A DNA stretch of 32,000 nucleotides from Schaalia meyeri (GCF_900105015.1 NZ_FNLK01000006.1:75480-107479); one strand, 5' to 3'. Shown: positions 1 through 8,548, counted from the stretch's first letter. Translations and numbers: made by a program. The notes: a model not told the origin generated them from the sequence alone.

Positions 1-158
1 TCCCCCTGACCGTCAAGGGCGGCCTGGCCACTGCGAAGCCCTTCGTGGGAGCCTGCCAGAAGGCCGACTGCGTCCACAACTCCGCCCTCGAGTGCACCGC
101 CGCCTCCATCTCGGTCGGCGCCGGCACGGCGGACTGCCTCTCCTTCGAGGCGCGCTGA
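1..158 (+). CDS. DUF1540 domain-containing protein, 3' fragment (start lies upstream of the window)
   Basis: The frame is open from the window edge (codon phase from nt 3) to TGA at 156-158. The translation PLTVKGGLATAKPFVGACQKADCVHNSALECTAASISVGAGTADCLSFEAR has the C-x2-C-x-H-N...C...C spacing typical of DUF1540 repeats. The ORF track omits it because it is edge-truncated. Confidence 0.55.
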   Translation, partial: PLTVKGGLATAKPFVGACQKADCVHNSALECTAASISVGAGTADCLSFEAR

Positions 159-170
159 CGCTTACGACCA

Positions 171-214
171 ACGAGGCCGCGACGGGCAAACCCGCCGCGG
201 CCTCGTTCGTTTTC
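171..214 (+). terminator. Intrinsic terminator between the convergent DUF1540 gene and the TetR gene
   Basis: Perfect 11-bp stem ACGAGGCCGCG (171-181) / CGCGGCCTCGT (196-206) with a 14-nt loop. It is followed by TCGTTTTCC. It lies 13 nt after the DUF1540 stop and just before the TetR stop at 219. Confidence 0.6.
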
Positions 215-218
215 CCCA

Positions 219-842
219 TCAGCAGGCGCGAACCCGCAGCGTCGGGTGGGGTCGCAGGCCACGCTGGCCATTCCAAATGAGGTTGACGACGTGGGCGGCC
301 ACCTCGTCCTTATCCATGCGTCGGTCATCCAGCCACCACTGGCCGACCTGTGCGATCAATCCGACGAGCATCTGCGCGTACAGGGGAGACCAGGTGGTGT
401 CGAAATTGGAGCGCTTGAACTGCTCGGCGATGATGTGTTCGACGCGTGTCGCGACGTCCCCCATGATCGAAGAAAAAGACCCGGCCCTGCGGTCCGACGG
501 GGCGTCGCGCACCAGGACCCGGAACCCGTCCGTGTTTCTCTCAATGTAATCCAGCAGCCCCAGTGTCGCGTTCTCGAGGATCAGGCGCGGACGCTTAGAG
601 GACTCCAGGGAGGACTGCAGGGACATGATCAGCGCCTGGACCTCACGGTCGACGATCACGGCGTACAGGCCTTCCTTGCCCCCGAAATGCTCGTAAACCA
701 CGGGCTTGGAGACCTTCGCGCGGGCGGCGATCTCTTCGACGCTGGTCGCACCAAAACCCTTTTCGGCGAACAGGGAGCGCCCAACGGCCACCAGCTGCTC
801 GCGACGAGCGAACCCACTCATCCGTGTCCTCTTCTCAGCCAT
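219..842 (-). CDS. TetR/AcrR family transcriptional regulator (207 aa)
   Basis: ATG start at 842. The N-terminal HTH REQLVAVGRSLFAEKGFGATSVEEIAARAKVSKPVVYEHFGGKEGLY is a textbook TetR_N signature. The C-terminal helical ligand domain is variable. Confidence 0.9.
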   Translation of the reverse strand: MAEKRTRMSGFARREQLVAVGRSLFAEKGFGATSVEEIAARAKVSKPVVYEHFGGKEGLYAVIVDREVQALIMSLQSSLESSKRPRLILENATLGLLDYIERNTDGFRVLVRDAPSDRRAGSFSSIMGDVATRVEHIIAEQFKRSNFDTTWSPLYAQMLVGLIAQVGQWWLDDRRMDKDEVAAHVVNLIWNGQRGLRPHPTLRVRAC

Positions 843-912
843 GCCCCCAGTATCACACGGGACCAGGCAGCGACGAGGCCCATGAGGGCTCTTTGCCGCG
901 CGCGTGGCCCGT

Positions 913-942
913 TTGAAAGGCGCAGCGGGGTGCGGGTATCAT
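913..942 (+). promoter_or_regulatory. Candidate sigma-A-type promoter for tRNA-Gln
   Basis: TTGAAA (913-918), an 18-bp spacer, then TATCAT (937-942). The mature tRNA 5' end lies 15 nt downstream of the -10 element. This is a motif match only. Confidence 0.4.
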
Positions 943-956
943 CGCGGTGGACGCAT

Positions 957-1027
957 TCCGCCTTGGTGTAACGGCAGCACAGAGGTTTTTGGTGCCTTTA
1001 GTCTAGGTTCGAATCCTAGGGGCGGAG
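957..1027 (+). tRNA. tRNA-Gln (anticodon TTG)
   Basis: Manual cloverleaf fold. Acceptor 957-963 TCCGCCT pairs with 1020-1026 GGGCGGA (one G-U pair). D stem is GTGT/GCAC. Anticodon stem is GAGGT/GCCTT with loop TTTTGGT, placing the anticodon TTG at 989-991. T arm is CTAGG-TTCGAAT-CCTAG. The discriminator is G1027 and CCA is not encoded. A small hairpin CGGTCCC-GAT-GGGACCG (1032-1048) follows. Confidence 0.9.
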
Positions 1028-1067
1028 CGACCGGTCCCGATGGGACCGTTAACCCCTGAGGAGGAAC

Positions 1068-2117
1068 ATGTCTCGCCCCGCCGCCGTCATCGTCCTGGCC
1101 GCCGGTCAGGGAACGCGTATGAAATCGGCCCTCCCGAAGGTCGTTCACCCCCTGGCGGGCCTGTCCATGATCGGACACGCGCTGCGGGCCGCTCAAGGGC
1201 TTGATCCCCTCAACCTGGTCGCCGTCGTGCGCCACCAGCGCGACGTGGTTGCCGCCGAAATCGAGCGCGTCAGCCCCCGTGCAATCATCGCCGACCAGGA
1301 CGATATTCCCGGCACCGGCCGCGCCGTCCAGTGCGGGCTGGAAGCCCTGGACGCCGCCGTCACCCCCGCCTCGGGCACGATTATCGTCACCTACGGCGAC
1401 GTCCCTCTCCTGTCGTCGGCCACACTGGCCGATCTGGTCGATACCCACGAGCGCGACGGCCACGCGGTCACCGTCCTGACCTCGCGCGTCGAGGACCCCA
1501 CCGGCTACGGCCGCATCATTCGCGACGAATCCGGCACCGTCACCGCCATCGTCGAACAACGCGACGCGACCGAAGCACAGGCGCGCATCAACGAGATCAA
1601 CGCGGGCATCTACGCGTTCGACGCGGAGTTCTTGCGCGCCTCGCTGGCCACCCTTGGAAGCAACAATGACCAGGGCGAGGTGTACCTGACCGATGTCCTG
1701 GCAGCCGCAGCGCCCGCCGGGCGCAGCGCCGGAGCCCTGGATCTCGCTGACCACTGGCAGAGCGCGGGTGCAAACGACCGCGTCCAGTTGGCCGAACTCG
1801 GTGCCGAGCTGAACCGCCGCATCTGCCGGGAGCACATGCGCTCCGGCGTGACCATCGTCGACCCCGCCTCCACGTGGATCGATGTCGACGCCCGGGTCGG
1901 CGCGGACACTACCATTTACCCGGGCACGAGCCTGCGGGGCCAGACCGTCGTTGGGGCCGCCTGTGAAATCGGTCCCAACGCGACGCTGATTGATGCGGAA
2001 GTCGGGGATCGCTGCGTGGTCCCCTCCGCGTGGGTCGGTAAGGGCTGCGTCGCAGCCGATACGATGGTGAAGCCATACACCACCATCGGCACACTGATCA
2101 CGGCGCGTCGCGCCTGA
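1068..2117 (+). CDS. glmU: GlmU-like UDP-N-acetylglucosamine pyrophosphorylase, C-terminally short (349 aa)
   Basis: Purine-rich RBS GAGGAGGA lies just upstream of ATG 1068. It has the N-terminal VIVLAAGQGTRMKS nucleotidyltransferase signature and a GlmU-type uridyltransferase core (YGDVPLL, INAGIYAF). Hexapeptide left-handed beta-helix repeats begin around aa 255. The ORF ends at TGA 2115-2117 after only about 95 aa of beta-helix (see finding). Confidence 0.85.
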   Translation: MSRPAAVIVLAAGQGTRMKSALPKVVHPLAGLSMIGHALRAAQGLDPLNLVAVVRHQRDVVAAEIERVSPRAIIADQDDIPGTGRAVQCGLEALDAAVTPASGTIIVTYGDVPLLSSATLADLVDTHERDGHAVTVLTSRVEDPTGYGRIIRDESGTVTAIVEQRDATEAQARINEINAGIYAFDAEFLRASLATLGSNNDQGEVYLTDVLAAAAPAGRSAGALDLADHWQSAGANDRVQLAELGAELNRRICREHMRSGVTIVDPASTWIDVDARVGADTTIYPGTSLRGQTVVGAACEIGPNATLIDAEVGDRCVVPSAWVGKGCVAADTMVKPYTTIGTLITARRA

Positions 2118-2141
2118 TCCAACGCAAGGAGAGACAACCGC

Positions 2142-3113
2142 ATGAGCGGATTGGTGACCACCGGAGAGAAGAACCTCGTCCTCGTTTCCGGACGAGCTCA
2201 CATGGACCTGGCTCACGCAGTGGGTGAGGAAATCGGATGTGGGGTCTCGCCGGTGACGGCCTACGACTTCGCCTCCGGCGAGATTTACGTGCGCTTCAAC
2301 GAATCCGTTCGCGGCGCCGACGTGTTCGTCCTGCAGTCCATTGCGGGCGACATTAACAAGTGGCTCATGGAGCAGTTCATCATGATTGATGCCGCCAAGC
2401 GCGCCTCTGCGAAGCGCATCACCGTGGTCGCCCCCTTCTATCCCTATTCGCGTCAGGATAAGAAGCATCAGGGCCGCGAACCCATCTCGGCGCGCCTCAT
2501 GGCCGACCTGTACCGCGCGGCCGGCGCCGACCGCATCATGAGCGTCGACCTGCACGCCTCACAGGAACAGGGCTTCTTTGACGGCCCGGTCGACCACCTC
2601 TTTGCCATGCCCGTCCTGGTCGAGTACGTGCGCGGCCGCGTGGACATGTCCAACACGGCCATCGTTTCTCCTGACGCAGGCCGCATCCGCGTCGCCGAAA
2701 AGTGGTCAACGAAGCTGGGCGGCGCCCCCCTGGCGTTCGTCCACAAGACGCGCGACACGACCCGGCCGAATGTTGCCGTCGCGAACCGCGTCGTGGGCGA
2801 TGTCGCGGGCAAGGAATGCGTCCTGGTGGACGACATGATCGACACCGCCGGCACGATCACCGAGGCCATCAAGGTCCTCAACGGCGCCGGGGCGAAGAAG
2901 GTCATCGTCGCGGCCACTCACGGCATCCTCTCCGATCCGGCCACGCGTCGTCTCTCCGAGTCCGGCGCGGCCGAGGTGGTCATCACCGACACGCTGCCGA
3001 TCGCCTCGGAGAAACGCTTCGCGCAGTTGACGGTGCTCTCCATCGCGCCGCTGCTGGCCCGCGCCATTCGCGAGGTTTTCGAAGACGGTTCGGTCACATC
3101 GCTGTTTAACTGA
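2142..3113 (+). CDS. prs: Ribose-phosphate pyrophosphokinase (323 aa)
   Basis: RBS AAGGAGAG is upstream. The protein has FASGEIYVRFNESVRGADVFVLQS, the SPDAGRIRVAEKW stretch and the PRPP-binding loop CVLVDDMIDTAGT. It sits in the classical position after glmU. Confidence 0.95.
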   Translation: MSGLVTTGEKNLVLVSGRAHMDLAHAVGEEIGCGVSPVTAYDFASGEIYVRFNESVRGADVFVLQSIAGDINKWLMEQFIMIDAAKRASAKRITVVAPFYPYSRQDKKHQGREPISARLMADLYRAAGADRIMSVDLHASQEQGFFDGPVDHLFAMPVLVEYVRGRVDMSNTAIVSPDAGRIRVAEKWSTKLGGAPLAFVHKTRDTTRPNVAVANRVVGDVAGKECVLVDDMIDTAGTITEAIKVLNGAGAKKVIVAATHGILSDPATRRLSESGAAEVVITDTLPIASEKRFAQLTVLSIAPLLARAIREVFEDGSVTSLFN

Positions 3114-3278
3114 CCGGCTCCCGCTTCACATCCGCCCTCCCCGTGGGGTACCCTGTTGGGGTTGCTCCGGCGAGGGCGGATCCGTGTCCGCCGTTATCGA
3201 CAGGGCCCGAATTGATGCGCGACGCGTGTCCTTCGCTTTGCCGACACCGCAGCCGGACCTGAGAAACGAAGGAATAAC

Positions 3279-3872
3279 ATGAGCGACAACCCCGTCCTGC
3301 TGGCTGAAGAGCGCACCGAGTTCGGTAAGGGTGCGGCGCGCCGCACCCGCCGCGCCGCCAAGGTCCCCACTGTCCTCTACGGCCACGGCGCCGAGCCCCG
3401 TCACCTGGACGTGCCCGCCCACGACCTCTTCCTCATCGTGCGCGGCACCAAGAACGCGCTCGTTGAGCTGAAGATCGAGGGAAAGTCCCAGCTGGCCCTG
3501 GTCAAGGAGGTTCAGGTTCACCCCGTGCGCCGCAACATCCTGCACGCCGACTTCCTGGCCGTCAAGGCCGACGAGAAGGTCGACGTTGAGGTCGCCGTCA
3601 TCGTCACCGGCGAGCCCGCTCCCGGCACCGTCCACACCGTCGAGGAGTTCACCATCTTGGTCAAGGCTCCCGCCACCGCCATCCCCGAGAGCCTGGAGGT
3701 CTCCATCGAAGGTGTCGAGGCCGGTTCCGCCGTGCGCGTCGCCGACCTGGTCCTGCCCACCGACGTTGAGGTCGAGCTCGACCCCGAGACGGTGATCGTG
3801 TCCGTCCAGGAAGCCGCCGCTGAGCAGAAAGAAGAAGCAGCCGAGGCCGACGCGGAGGCCGACGCCGAGTGA
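3279..3872 (+). CDS. rplY: 50S ribosomal protein L25 / general stress protein Ctc (197 aa)
   Basis: The N-terminus is RTEFGKGAARRTRRAAKVPTVLYGHG, followed by the L25/Ctc beta-barrel (QVHPVRRNILHADFLAV). It has an acidic Ala/Glu-rich tail. It lies downstream of prs, as in other Actinobacteria. Confidence 0.93.
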   Translation: MSDNPVLLAEERTEFGKGAARRTRRAAKVPTVLYGHGAEPRHLDVPAHDLFLIVRGTKNALVELKIEGKSQLALVKEVQVHPVRRNILHADFLAVKADEKVDVEVAVIVTGEPAPGTVHTVEEFTILVKAPATAIPESLEVSIEGVEAGSAVRVADLVLPTDVEVELDPETVIVSVQEAAAEQKEEAAEADAEADAE

Positions 3873-3895
3873 CACGCGCTTACTGACGCTCTGTG

Positions 3896-3923
3896 AAGGG
3901 GCGAGGCTGTGGCCTCGCCCCTT
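3896..3923 (+). terminator. Intrinsic terminator after rplY
   Basis: Perfect 12-bp stem AAGGGGCGAGGC (3896-3907) / GCCTCGCCCCTT (3912-3923) with a 4-nt loop, 24 nt after the stop. There is no strong T tract, which is common in high-GC actinobacteria. Confidence 0.6.
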
Positions 3924-3947
3924 CCGCCTATCTGCGATACTTGAGGC

Positions 3948-5075
3948 ATGAGTGACCTCCACGTGATCATCCCCGCCGGCGGTGCCGGCACCCGCCTGTG
4001 GCCGCTGTCCCGCCGCCGCCGCCCGAAGTTCCTGCTGGATCTGGCGGGGACGGGGCGCTCGCTCCTGCAGGGAACGGTTGACCGGCTGGAGGAGGTAGCC
4101 TCGACGGTGACGATCGTGACGGGGCGAGACCACCGCGACGGCGTGCTCGCCCAGCTGCCCGAATTTGCCGCATCCCGGGAGCGTACCGTCCTCATTGAGC
4201 CCTCCGGGCGCGACTCCATGGCCGCGATCGGCCTGGCCGCCTACGTGGTTCGCGAACGCTTCGGGGACGACGCCATCGTCGGCTCCTTTGCTGCCGACCA
4301 CCTGATCGCCCGGCCCGAGCTGCTCCGCGGCGCCGTCGAGGCGGCCTGCACCGCCGCGGCAGCCGGATACGTCGTGACGATCGGCCTGACGCCCACGGAG
4401 GCTTCGACCGCCTACGGGTACATCGCGCCGGGCCCGGCCTCGGGAGCCGGGGACCGGGCGGCGGATCCCGGCGCCGCCGGGCAAACCCGAACGGTCGCCG
4501 AGTTCGTGGAGAAGCCAGACGCGGCCACGGCAGCGCGCTACGTGAGCGAGGGGTACCTGTGGAACGCCGGCATGTTCATCGTCTCCGCCGGTCAGCTGGC
4601 CCACCACCTGGCCCGCCTCCTGCCCGACATGCATGCGCGCCTGGAAACCATCGCGCGCGCGTGGGACACCCCCGACTTCGAGCACACTCTGGAGGAAAAC
4701 TGGCCGCACCTGACGAAGATCGCGATCGACCACGCCATCGCGGAACCCGTCGCGGCCGACGGGGGAGTGGCCGTCGTCCCCGCCGACGCCGACCTGGGAT
4801 GGACCGACCTGGGCGACTTCGACGCGCTGACCGCCATCGCCACCACCACCGGGCACCTGGGTGAGGCGCTGCGCGTCGAATCCGACGGTGCCGCCGTCTA
4901 CGGCTCTACGGTGGGAGAAGCAGAGGACGGGCCGCTCGTCGCGCTCGTCGGGGTCCCTGACATCGCACTCGCTCTCACCCCCGACGCCATCCTCGTCACC
5001 CGACGGGACCGGGCGCAGGCGGTCAAAGCGATCGTCGAGGAACTGGCGGCAGGCGGGCGAACCGACCTGCTCTGA
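3948..5075 (+). CDS. Mannose-1-phosphate guanylyltransferase (GDP-mannose pyrophosphorylase family, 375 aa)
   Basis: The N-terminus VIIPAGGAGTRLWPLSRRRRPKFLL is the ManC/NTP-transferase signature. It also has EPSGRDSMAAIGLAA, GYIAPG, FVEKPD and YLWNAGMFI blocks typical of ManC-type enzymes without the isomerase domain. Confidence 0.85.
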   Translation: MSDLHVIIPAGGAGTRLWPLSRRRRPKFLLDLAGTGRSLLQGTVDRLEEVASTVTIVTGRDHRDGVLAQLPEFAASRERTVLIEPSGRDSMAAIGLAAYVVRERFGDDAIVGSFAADHLIARPELLRGAVEAACTAAAAGYVVTIGLTPTEASTAYGYIAPGPASGAGDRAADPGAAGQTRTVAEFVEKPDAATAARYVSEGYLWNAGMFIVSAGQLAHHLARLLPDMHARLETIARAWDTPDFEHTLEENWPHLTKIAIDHAIAEPVAADGGVAVVPADADLGWTDLGDFDALTAIATTTGHLGEALRVESDGAAVYGSTVGEAEDGPLVALVGVPDIALALTPDAILVTRRDRAQAVKAIVEELAAGGRTDLL

Positions 5076-5185
5076 ATGGGCCCGAGATGGCCTCCGACAG
5101 GTGTGGTTTCACGGCCGTTTCACGCCGTTAGTGCGGTGAGGTGTGCCGTCCGCCCGGCCTCCAGCCGGGCGCGGCTGCTACCGTG

Positions 5186-6403
5186 ATGGGCAGTAAGGCG
5201 CCCCGACGAAAGGCATTCGACGTGAACAAGCGGACTATCGCCGCCCTCGCAACCACCGTGACAGCGGCCGCACTGGCCCTCGGCTCGTGCTCGACCACGC
5301 CCTCCGCCGTGTCCTCCGCGGACGCGAAGGTGTGCGCCGCCATCTCGGGGGCACACGGGGACGCGTCGACGGATCCCGTGGCGACCGCTCTTAAAGGCGC
5401 AGCCGACGGTGCGGCCATCGCCTACGAGGCGGCATCCGGCCAGGGGGCGCCCGCTTCGCTCGCGGCATCGGGCTGCACCCTCATCGTCGGTGCGGACTCG
5501 ACCATGGCCCAGTCCGTGTCGGAGGCCGCCAGAAACAATCCGCGAGTCAGGTTCGCCCTGGTCGGCGCCTCGTTCGTCAATGGCAAGGGATCCGCGACCT
5601 CGCTGAAGAACGGCTCTGTCGTCAACGTTGCCGCCTCGCAGGCCGCCTACCTCGCCGGGTACGCCTCCGCCGGCATGACGACCACCGGCACCCTCGGCGT
5701 CATCGGCGGCGTGCGCGACAACGTTACGAGCGCGCAGATGTCCGCCTTCTCACAGGGGGTCGACGCCTACAACCGCGCGAACGGCACATCCATCAGCGTG
5801 CTCGGATGGAACACCGCGACCAATGACGGAACCTACGCCGAGAGCACCGATCAGGTTCAAAGCGCTGCCGCAGACTTCATTTCCCGCGGAGCGGACATCA
5901 TCGTGCCGCTGGCGGGCGAAGCGAACATGGGTGCGGCGCGCGCCGTCACCGCGGCCGCAAACCCGCTGGTGCGCCTGGTGTGGTCCGGGCTGACCAAGGC
6001 GGATCTGAAGGGCCTGACCCGCGACGAAGCCCAGTCGCAGGGCGACGTGCCCATGTCCGGGCAGTCCGGGGCAAGCGCGCCCCAACGGGTCGATACCCAG
6101 TCCTTCGCGGACGCATTCAGCTACATCCAGATCTCCGATCAGGTTCGCGCCGCCATCGGCGCGCCCGTCCTGACCGGCATCGTCGTTGACTACGCGAAGG
6201 CCATGGAGACGCTGATTTCCGATGCAACCGCGGGGGCAGACGCGTCAACTGTGTCCGTCTCGCTGGCATCGGGTGGTGTGATCCTCACGGGCTTCGGCGC
6301 CTACACGCCGATGCTGTCTTCCGACCTCAAGCTTGGGCTGTCCGACATGGCGGGCCAGATAGAAACCGGCGGCATGGTGGTGTCCACGCCTTTCGACGCG
6401 TGA
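5186..6403 (+). CDS. BMP-family (PnrA-like) substrate-binding lipoprotein
   Basis: Signal peptide with lipobox LALGSC. BMP/PnrA-like blocks are present (RFALVG, AAYLAGYASAGMTTTGTLGVIGG, DIIVPLAG). The start is uncertain: ATG 5186 or GTG 5222 (the latter preceded by GAAAGG). The track's 5141 start is probably too long. No cognate ABC ATPase or permease genes are adjacent. Confidence 0.8.
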   Translation: MGSKAPRRKAFDVNKRTIAALATTVTAAALALGSCSTTPSAVSSADAKVCAAISGAHGDASTDPVATALKGAADGAAIAYEAASGQGAPASLAASGCTLIVGADSTMAQSVSEAARNNPRVRFALVGASFVNGKGSATSLKNGSVVNVAASQAAYLAGYASAGMTTTGTLGVIGGVRDNVTSAQMSAFSQGVDAYNRANGTSISVLGWNTATNDGTYAESTDQVQSAAADFISRGADIIVPLAGEANMGAARAVTAAANPLVRLVWSGLTKADLKGLTRDEAQSQGDVPMSGQSGASAPQRVDTQSFADAFSYIQISDQVRAAIGAPVLTGIVVDYAKAMETLISDATAGADASTVSVSLASGGVILTGFGAYTPMLSSDLKLGLSDMAGQIETGGMVVSTPFDA

Positions 6404-6626
6404 GTTGAGGCGCCACGCGCCGATCATTTCCCCGCCGAGACTCCCGCCCGCCGCACGAGCGCGGAAACTCGACTCATCGCCGCGCAGCCACGGCCTCGTT
6501 GATGATAGCCAGGACCAAACGGAAGCCGGCGCCCCTGCGCGGACCTGGAGCCTCACCGCAGGCTTCAAGACGGGCACGGATCATCCGGGGCGCCGCTATC
6601 CTGGGGGAAGCGATGCAGGAGGAAAC

Positions 6627-7775
6627 ATGCAGCTGACGAACGTGACGGATGTGCTCGCGCTGACTCGCCAAATGATCGACATCCCCTCGGTGTCGGATCA
6701 GGAAGGCCCACTGGCGGACGCGGTCGAATCCGCGCTGCGCGATGCGGGCTTCGGGTCGGTGCCGCCCCTTCAGATCCTGCGCGACGGGGACGCTGTGTTG
6801 GCGCGAACCCAGCTGGGACTCGGCCAGCGCGTCGTCCTGGCTGGGCACCTGGACACCGTGCCCATCGCGGATAACGTGCCCGGCCGCACCGAGGAGCGTG
6901 ACGGTGTGGAGGTGTTGTGGGGCCGCGGCTCGGTCGACATGCTCGGCGGGTGCGCGGCTGCCCTGGCGCTCGCCTGCGAGGCCGGGAAAGCGGTACGCGG
7001 GGGAGCGTTCAGCGTGCTGACATCGGACGTTACGTGGATCTTTTATGACCACGAGGAGGTTGCCGCCCACCTCAATGGCCTGGGGCGCGTCCAACGCAAT
7101 CACCCCGATTGGCTCGCGGGTGACCTGGCGTTGCTGGGGGAACCCACCGCCGGGCACGTGGAGGGCGGGTGCAACGGGACGCTGCGCGTCATCGCACACT
7201 TCCCGGGCCGGGCCGCGCACTCCGCGCGCGCCTGGATGGGCCACAACGCGATCCACGCGATGGCCCCCGTCATTATGCGAATCGCCGCCTACGGGAACCC
7301 CGTCGTCGACATCGACGGGCTGGACTTCCGCGAGTCCCTGTCGGTCGTGCGCGTGCGGGGCGGGGCCGCCAACAACGTGATCCCCGAGGCCGCCTCGATG
7401 ACGGTCAACTACCGCTTCGCGCCCTCCACCCGCGCGTCGGACGCGCTGGCGTGGGTGCGGGGGCTCTTTGAGGGGACGGGAGCGCGAATCGAGGTCGACG
7501 ACCTGTGCGAGGGCGCGCTCCCCGGCGCTCATTCGCCCATCGCCGAGCGTTTCCTGGCGGTCGCTCGCTCAGTCGCGGCCGAGAGGGGCTGTGAGCTGCG
7601 GATCGGCGCCAAGGTCGGGTGGACGGACGTCGCTCGCTTTTCCCAGGCGGGGGTGCCCGCCATGAACTTTGGCCCCGGGGATCCGCTGCTGGCGCACACG
7701 CGCGACGAACACGTGCCAGCATCGGATATCGTCAGGGTGTACGATACGCTGCGCGCCTTCGTGCTCGCGCTGTAG
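6627..7775 (+). CDS. dapE: Succinyl-diaminopimelate desuccinylase (M20 peptidase, 382 aa)
   Basis: ATG 6627 is preceded by AGGAGGA. The protein has IDIPSVSDQEGPLAD, LAGHLDTVP, an M20 dimerisation-domain region and a C-terminal AHTRDEHV motif. The track ORF from 6405 is an upstream in-frame extension without coding character. Confidence 0.85.
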   Translation: MQLTNVTDVLALTRQMIDIPSVSDQEGPLADAVESALRDAGFGSVPPLQILRDGDAVLARTQLGLGQRVVLAGHLDTVPIADNVPGRTEERDGVEVLWGRGSVDMLGGCAAALALACEAGKAVRGGAFSVLTSDVTWIFYDHEEVAAHLNGLGRVQRNHPDWLAGDLALLGEPTAGHVEGGCNGTLRVIAHFPGRAAHSARAWMGHNAIHAMAPVIMRIAAYGNPVVDIDGLDFRESLSVVRVRGGAANNVIPEAASMTVNYRFAPSTRASDALAWVRGLFEGTGARIEVDDLCEGALPGAHSPIAERFLAVARSVAAERGCELRIGAKVGWTDVARFSQAGVPAMNFGPGDPLLAHTRDEHVPASDIVRVYDTLRAFVLAL

Positions 7776-7816
7776 CGGGCGCTTTGCGGCCCAGAATCAA
7801 CCAGGGAGGCATGACC

Positions 7817-8548
7817 ATGAGCAAGCCAGACAACGCCTATCGTCGGGGATCCGTCGTCCTGCGCGGGGCGCAGATCCCGCGGCTGACGGCGGACGCGTCG
7901 CTGCTCCAACCGGAGCCGAGCATGGATTGGAAGCACACGGACCCGTGGAGGGTCCTGCGCATCCAGTCCGAATTCGTCGAGGGTTTTGAAGCGCTCGCAA
8001 AAGTGGGACCCGCTGTTTCCGTGTTCGGTTCCGCGCGCACCCTCCCGGAGGATCCGCTGTATCGGAGCGCGCAGCGCATCGGCGAGCTGCTGGTGCAGCG
8101 CGGTTACGGGGTCATCACGGGCGGGGGACCGGGCATGATGGAGGCCGCGAACCGCGGTGCGTGGGAGGCCGGCGGCACCTCGGTGGGCCTGGGCATTGAG
8201 CTTCCGCACGAGCAGGGCCTCAACCAGTGGGTGAACCTGGGCGTGAACTTCCGATACTTTTTCGCCCGCAAGACGATGTTCGTGAAGTACTCTCAGGGCT
8301 TCATCGTCATGCCCGGCGGGTTTGGGACCATGGACGAGCTCTTCGAGTCCGCGACCCTCGTGCAGACGGGCAAGATTCGTTCCTTCCCGCTGGTGCTCGT
8401 GGGCGCAAACTATTGGTCAGGATTGGTTGACTGGATTCGTTCCGCCATGGTCGATGCCGACATGATCTCTCCTGACGATGTTGGCCTGCTTCACGTGGTC
8501 GATGATCCGCAGGAAGCTGTTCGTTTGGCGACGGGTACCCAGCACTAA
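7817..8548 (+). CDS. LOG family protein (TIGR00730 Rossmann-fold nucleotide-binding / cytokinin riboside 5'-monophosphate phosphoribohydrolase-like)
   Basis: It has the GGGPGMMEAANRGA and PGGFGTMDELFE signature motifs. GGGAGG (7804-7809) is optimally spaced for ATG 7817, and ATG 7811 is an alternative. The track start at 7619 overlaps dapE and is unlikely. Confidence 0.85.
   Translation: MSKPDNAYRRGSVVLRGAQIPRLTADASLLQPEPSMDWKHTDPWRVLRIQSEFVEGFEALAKVGPAVSVFGSARTLPEDPLYRSAQRIGELLVQRGYGVITGGGPGMMEAANRGAWEAGGTSVGLGIELPHEQGLNQWVNLGVNFRYFFARKTMFVKYSQGFIVMPGGFGTMDELFESATLVQTGKIRSFPLVLVGANYWSGLVDWIRSAMVDADMISPDDVGLLHVVDDPQEAVRLATGTQH

Noticed and set aside
957-1100. tRNA-Gln considered as an integration hotspot with an adjacent island
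   Set aside because: The tRNA is followed immediately by core genes (glmU, prs, rplY). There is no partial tRNA duplication or integrase nearby.
939-2555. 538-aa ORF on the minus strand spanning the tRNA, glmU and the start of prs
   Set aside because: It is antisense to two genes with unmistakable homology and runs through a tRNA. Its composition is Gly/Arg/Ala/Asp-rich, typical of high-GC shadow frames. It has no recognisable domain.
3130-3181. 10-bp stem ATCCGCCCTC/GAGGGCGGAT after prs, considered as a terminator or L25 leader element
   Set aside because: It has a large 32-nt loop and no T tract, and I recognise no conserved family. The evidence is too weak to call, although read-through control of rplY cannot be excluded.
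3126-4856. 576-aa minus-strand ORF opposite rplY and the manC-like gene
   Set aside because: It is a shadow ORF of two well-supported + strand genes. The translation is low-complexity (G/D/R/V) with no motifs.
6405-6626. Long N-terminal extensions suggested by the ORF track (for example dapE from 6405, LOG from 7619, CPBP from 25089, ferritin-like from 28989, surface protein from 19422, OMT to 9969, DUF3107 to 30725)
   Set aside because: The extensions overlap neighbouring genes or terminators. They are Arg/Pro/Gly-rich with no coding signature. Internal starts with good RBSs give protein lengths normal for the families.
6474-7532. 352-aa minus-strand ORF opposite dapE
   Set aside because: It is antisense to a clear M20 peptidase and has an Arg/Pro/Gly-rich shadow composition.
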